Origin: Chloroflexota bacterium
GTDB taxonomy: Bacteria > Chloroflexota > Anaerolineae > Caldilineales > Caldilineaceae
Assembly (NCBI GenBank): GCA_030058085.1
Contig: JASGTU010000035.1
Coordinates: forward strand, 1-63,562
Direction: 5' to 3'
Length of the DNA: 63,562 nt
Part shown: piece by piece, positions 60,056 to 63,562 of the stretch
How the letters are laid out: each line of letters opens with the position of its first letter
How positions within the stretch are numbered: the first letter of the stretch is position 1
Made by a program: the position numbers and the translations under genes
The notes under the pieces: model-generated
What the model saw: the letters and a program-made list of their open reading frames with translations, nothing else
What the model was told of the DNA's origin: nothing
Databases searched by the model: none

Positions 60056-60976
60056 GTGAGCAGCAGCCGCCGGGCCGGGAAGAGAGAGTTTCGAGTGGCT
60101 ATCATCCGTACGCGCGTCGCCGACGATACGTGGGTTTTTACCAGCGAGCTATATCTAGAGGTAAATGCGGGGCTGGTGGTGACGCCCGAGGGCGGCGTCC
60201 TCATCGACACCCTGCCGTTTCCGTCTGAGACGAGACAGATCATCGCCTTTGCACGGCGAGCTTGCCCGAAGGGCATTCGCTACGTCGTCAACACAGTCTC
60301 CCATGCCGACCATGTGTACGGGTCGTATCTGTTCCCCGATGCGGTGTTGATCGCGCACGAGCAGTGCCGGCAGATGTTGGAGGAGCACGCCTTTGATGCG
60401 CTGGCGCAGGCCAAGGAGCACACGCCGGAACTGCGCGAGGTGCAGATTCGCTTGCCCAAACTGGTCTTTAACGAAGGCATGCTCGTTCGTTTGGGCGGCA
60501 AGACGATCCACATTTTCAATACGCCCGGCCCATCGCCCGAGGTGTGCTCTGTGCATGTGCGCGAGGAAAAGGTGCTGTTCGCCAGCGACCTAATGATGCC
60601 CGTGCCGGTGATTTCGGGGCCGTTCGCCGACATCGACGTCTATAAGCAGTCGTTGAACAACCTGTACGACTACAATTTGGAAAGCATCGTCCAGGGGCAC
60701 GGCGAGATTCTGCTGCGCGGCGAGGTGACGAGCAGCATTCAGGCCAGCATCCAGTATATCGACGCAATTCAGGCGACGGTTGAACAACTGATGGACGAGG
60801 GCGCCACCAAGCATGACCTGGCACAGTTGGACATCGAGCAGTTCGGGCGCAGCCGCATTCCACTGGGCGGCGTCGTGCAGCAGTTCCATACCGCGAACCT
60901 GCTCTATCTTTGGGAGCGGGCGCGACGAGCGCGGCGCGCCCTGCGTCGTGCAGGGATAGCCGGCGTCTCCGCTTGA
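60056..60976 (+). CDS. MBL-fold metallo-hydrolase
   Basis: [12 protein letters not shown] ... VSHADHVYG ... FNTPGPSP ... D ... QGHG pattern. GTG start at 60056, or alternatively 60095. Confidence 0.75.
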   Translation: MSSSRRAGKREFRVAIIRTRVADDTWVFTSELYLEVNAGLVVTPEGGVLIDTLPFPSETRQIIAFARRACPKGIRYVVNTVSHADHVYGSYLFPDAVLIAHEQCRQMLEEHAFDALAQAKEHTPELREVQIRLPKLVFNEGMLVRLGGKTIHIFNTPGPSPEVCSVHVREEKVLFASDLMMPVPVISGPFADIDVYKQSLNNLYDYNLESIVQGHGEILLRGEVTSSIQASIQYIDAIQATVEQLMDEGATKHDLAQLDIEQFGRSRIPLGGVVQQFHTANLLYLWERARRARRALRRAGIAGVSA

Positions 60977-60993
60977 CCTGATCGGACGATTGC

Positions 60994-61788
60994 ATGTCTG
61001 AGGATGTTGAAGCACGGCTGTTGAGCATTGTCGAGTCGATCCGCGAATTGCCGCCGTCGCAACGACGGCGGCTGGTGCGCCGGCTGCGCATTAGCGGGCT
61101 GTTGGGGCCGATGGAGTGTCTCACCGACCGCGGCCGTTTGCAGATTGCGCCGGCCTTGGCCTATCGTCCGCCGTCCTCACCCGAAGAAGAGGCTGACGTC
61201 CCGCCGCCGGCGGCAAGCACATTGGTGCGCCCGGAACCGGACGAGCCGCAAACGCCCGAGGCGGCGATCGCGCCGGCGCAACCCGATTACCGCACGCCGG
61301 TGAGCGGCAAAGTCGTTGTCGGCTCGCCTGCAGAGAAATCGCCTGCATCCCCACACGAGATGGCCCCGCTGCCGGGGCAGGCCCCGGAACAACCGATTGT
61401 GATCATCTTTGACGGCGGCAGCCGCGGCAACCCCGGCCAAGGATACGGCAGTTATGCGCTGCGCTGGCCCGGCGCGTCGCAGCAGATCGTGCGGCTGCGT
61501 TTCGGCGACAAGGTGACCAACAACGAGGCCGAATACGATACCCTGATTGCAGCGCTGGAGGCAGTGTTGCAGCGGCTGGCAGACAACCGGGCCCGGCCCC
61601 ACACGGCGCGGCTCGACATCCGCGGCGATTCGGCGCTGGTGATCAACCAGGTGTTGGGCGAGTGGGAATGCAAGGAGCCCCGGCTCAAGGTGCGCTGTGA
61701 GCGTGTTCGCTCTCTGCTCAAGCGTTTCGGGCAGTGGACGCTAACCCATCATCGCCGCGAGAAGAGCGTGGACGTGTTGGGCCACTAG
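60994..61788 (+). CDS. RNase H-fold (RVT_3/RNase HI-like) protein with a ~130-aa Pro-rich N-terminal region
   Basis: C-terminal IIFDGGSRGNPGQGYGS ... NNEAEYDTLIAALE ... IRGDS ... motifs. Confidence 0.7.
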   Translation: MSEDVEARLLSIVESIRELPPSQRRRLVRRLRISGLLGPMECLTDRGRLQIAPALAYRPPSSPEEEADVPPPAASTLVRPEPDEPQTPEAAIAPAQPDYRTPVSGKVVVGSPAEKSPASPHEMAPLPGQAPEQPIVIIFDGGSRGNPGQGYGSYALRWPGASQQIVRLRFGDKVTNNEAEYDTLIAALEAVLQRLADNRARPHTARLDIRGDSALVINQVLGEWECKEPRLKVRCERVRSLLKRFGQWTLTHHRREKSVDVLGH

Positions 61789-61950
61789 CCCCGCTGCTGT
61801 TCATCCCCTTCATTTCCAGAAGCCACGAGGCGAAGCCCCTCCCTACCGGTTTCGGCGGATCGCGCCGGCGGATGATATACTCGTGGGTAACTACGCCAAC
61901 CGCAACCTAGGAGGATACCTATCGTGGGCGACATTCAGTCAACGGGCGAT

Positions 61951-62574
61951 ATGACCGTAAGCGGTTTTCTCGAAGCGTTAGCCGCCCGATCTTCGACGCC
62001 GGGCGGTGGCGGCGCGGCTGCGGTCAGCGGCAGTATGGCCGCGGCGTTGATCAGCATGGTGATCAACTTCACCGCCGGCAGCAAGAAGTACGCAGACGTG
62101 GAAGAGGAGATGCGGCGGCATCTGGTCGTGAGCGAAGGGCTGCGCGGCGAACTGCTGGCCCTGGCGGACCGCGATGTGGAAGCCTTCAACGCCGTGTCGG
62201 CCTGCTATGGCATGCCCAAAGCAACGGATGAGGAGAAGGCGGCGCGCACCGCTGCACTGCAAGAAGCGCTGAAGGGCGCGACGCGCGTCCCCTACCTGAC
62301 CGCGGAGAAATGCCTGGCTGTGATCGAACTGGCCGAACCGGTGGGCGCCAAGGGCAACGCCAACGTGGTCAGCGACGCCGCCACTGCGCTGCATTTGGCG
62401 ACCGCAGCCCTGCACAGCGCGCTGGTCAACGTCAACATCAACCTGAAGTTCATCAAAGACGAGGCATTCGTGGCGGAGTGGTCAGCCAAGCGTGACGATC
62501 TGCTGGCGCGACTGGCGGATGTGCATGCGCGGGCTGTCGCTGCCTGCGAACAGACTCTAGGGATGTCGCTATGA
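61951..62574 (+). CDS. fchA: Cyclodeaminase/cyclohydrolase-family protein (methenyl-THF cyclohydrolase FchA-like)
   Basis: [28 protein letters not shown], typical of FTCD_C. An alternative GTG start lies at 61924. Confidence 0.8.
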   Translation: MTVSGFLEALAARSSTPGGGGAAAVSGSMAAALISMVINFTAGSKKYADVEEEMRRHLVVSEGLRGELLALADRDVEAFNAVSACYGMPKATDEEKAARTAALQEALKGATRVPYLTAEKCLAVIELAEPVGAKGNANVVSDAATALHLATAALHSALVNVNINLKFIKDEAFVAEWSAKRDDLLARLADVHARAVAACEQTLGMSL

Positions 62575-63440
62575 CCGCTAAGCTGATGGACGGTAACGCC
62601 CTTTCTAGGGCGATCAAGGCGCAGATCAAGACGGACGTGGCGGATTTCGCAGGGCAGCGGGGTTATGCGCCTGTGTTGGCCGCGCTGCGTGTGGGCGATG
62701 ACGATGCCAGCGCAGGCTATGCCCGCGCCATCGGCAAGAACTGTCGCAGCGTAGGCGTCGAGTTCCGCGAGACAGCTTTGCCGGACGGCGCTACGCAGGC
62801 CGAGGCGGAGGCCGCTCTGCGAGCGCTTGATGCGGACACATCCGTACATGGCATCATGATTCTTGAGCCGCTACCGCCCCAGATCGACCACGATGCGCTG
62901 GTTCTTTCGCTGGATCCGGCGAAGGATGTCGACGGCGTGCATCCGCTCAACGCAGGCCGGTTGCAGCAGCAGCGCCCGCCCTTTTTCGTGCCCGCCACGC
63001 CCGCAGGCGGCATCCGTCTTCTGGAGGAGGCAGGCGTCAATTTCCGCGGCAGCCATGCGGTGATGGTCGGGCGCAGCGACATTGTCGGCAAGCCTATGGC
63101 CTTGCTCATGCTGCACAGGCATTGCACCGTAACGCTGGCGCACAGCCGCACGCAGGATCTGCCCGCGGTCTGTCGCAGCGCCGACATCCTGTGCGTGGCT
63201 GTGGGCCGCGCCGAGATGGTGAAAGGCGACTGGGTTAAACCAGGCGCCACGGTGGTGGACTTCGGTACGAACTACACCGGCGACGGGCTGAAGGGCGATT
63301 GCGATCAGGCGAGCGTAGCTCAAGTCGCCGCGTTGCTCACGCCGGTTCCGGGCGGCACAGGTCCGATGACCAACGCCATGCTCATGAGCAATGTGCTGGA
63401 AGCCGCGAAGCAGGCGGCAATCGGCCAGAGTCGACAATAA
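62571..63440 (+). CDS. folD: Bifunctional methylene-THF dehydrogenase / methenyl-THF cyclohydrolase
   Basis: [19 protein letters not shown] and VVGRS.IVGKP..LLL motifs. Start overlaps the fchA stop. Confidence 0.95.
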   Translation: MTAKLMDGNALSRAIKAQIKTDVADFAGQRGYAPVLAALRVGDDDASAGYARAIGKNCRSVGVEFRETALPDGATQAEAEAALRALDADTSVHGIMILEPLPPQIDHDALVLSLDPAKDVDGVHPLNAGRLQQQRPPFFVPATPAGGIRLLEEAGVNFRGSHAVMVGRSDIVGKPMALLMLHRHCTVTLAHSRTQDLPAVCRSADILCVAVGRAEMVKGDWVKPGATVVDFGTNYTGDGLKGDCDQASVAQVAALLTPVPGGTGPMTNAMLMSNVLEAAKQAAIGQSRQ

Positions 63441-63562
63441 GCAGCGAACATCGAGGGCGGCAGGTTTGACCAGGCGAGGACGGAATTTCCGGATTGCACG
63501 CAGCCTTCCGGAAGGTGATGCGAAAGGTTTGGTTCACCTGGCCGTCCTGCTCGGCTATTTGG

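Noticed and set aside
61789-61923. A second ZTP or a THF riboswitch upstream of fchA-folD
   Set aside because: No GACUGGCG or CGCCUGGGC elements and no THF-like core are present. Only a TATACT -10-like hexamer is seen.
63441-63562. The palindrome CCTTCCGGAAGG and nearby GGAATTTCCGG after folD
   Set aside because: They are short, lie at the window edge, have no T-run and lack context. They cannot be interpreted.

Overview
High-GC bacterial chromosomal window, mostly housekeeping genes, with one clear accessory insertion. Gene style suggests a Chloroflexota-like organism, but taxonomy cannot be verified from this sequence alone.

Layout, left to right:
- 28-430: the distal end of a CRISPR array (six identical 37-nt repeats). 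No cas genes lie anywhere to its right. It is followed by a 3' fragment of a tRNA-Lys(UUU) gene and an intrinsic terminator, which looks like an integration scar.
- 1286-9374: a complete Pho regulon block (OmpR-type regulator, PhoR-like kinase, pstSCAB, phoU).
- 9605-14772: a tightly packed three-gene ATPase/nuclease cassette. It encodes an AAA+ ATPase fused to a RecB-like PD-(D/E)xK nuclease, a DUF2779-type Cas4-like nuclease plus DEDDy exonuclease, and an OLD-family ABC-ATPase/TOPRIM nuclease. It sits between the phoU terminator and a CYTH-CHAD (polyphosphate-linked) gene. I consider it the best candidate for an undescribed anti-phage or anti-MGE system.
- 14962-24146: a hybrid receiver-PAS-GAF histidine kinase, then a glycosyltransferase and small-molecule metabolism genes.
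- 24349-32279: a caa3-type cytochrome oxidase and assembly cluster (ctaB, SURF1, ctaG, ctaE/F/D/C), punctuated by three copies of a REP/MITE-like repeat.
- 32435-35085: a Fur-family regulator with a P1B-4 (SPC/HEGST) metal ATPase.
- 35170-38808: a ManD/Nudix/hydrolase/VOC block.
- 39889-41711: a ZTP (pfl) riboswitch with its own promoter and terminator, upstream of purH.
- 42766-58034: rnhA, an M23 peptidase, trmD-rplS-rnhB-yraN-miaA, a LysM protein, nadK, and uvrC followed by a cNMP-binding/bPH membrane protein.
- 58225-63440: queT, a stand-alone promoter-to-terminator unit encoding a ~184-nt structured RNA of unknown family (59757-59975), and fchA-folD.

Many long antisense ORFs in the track are high-GC artefacts.
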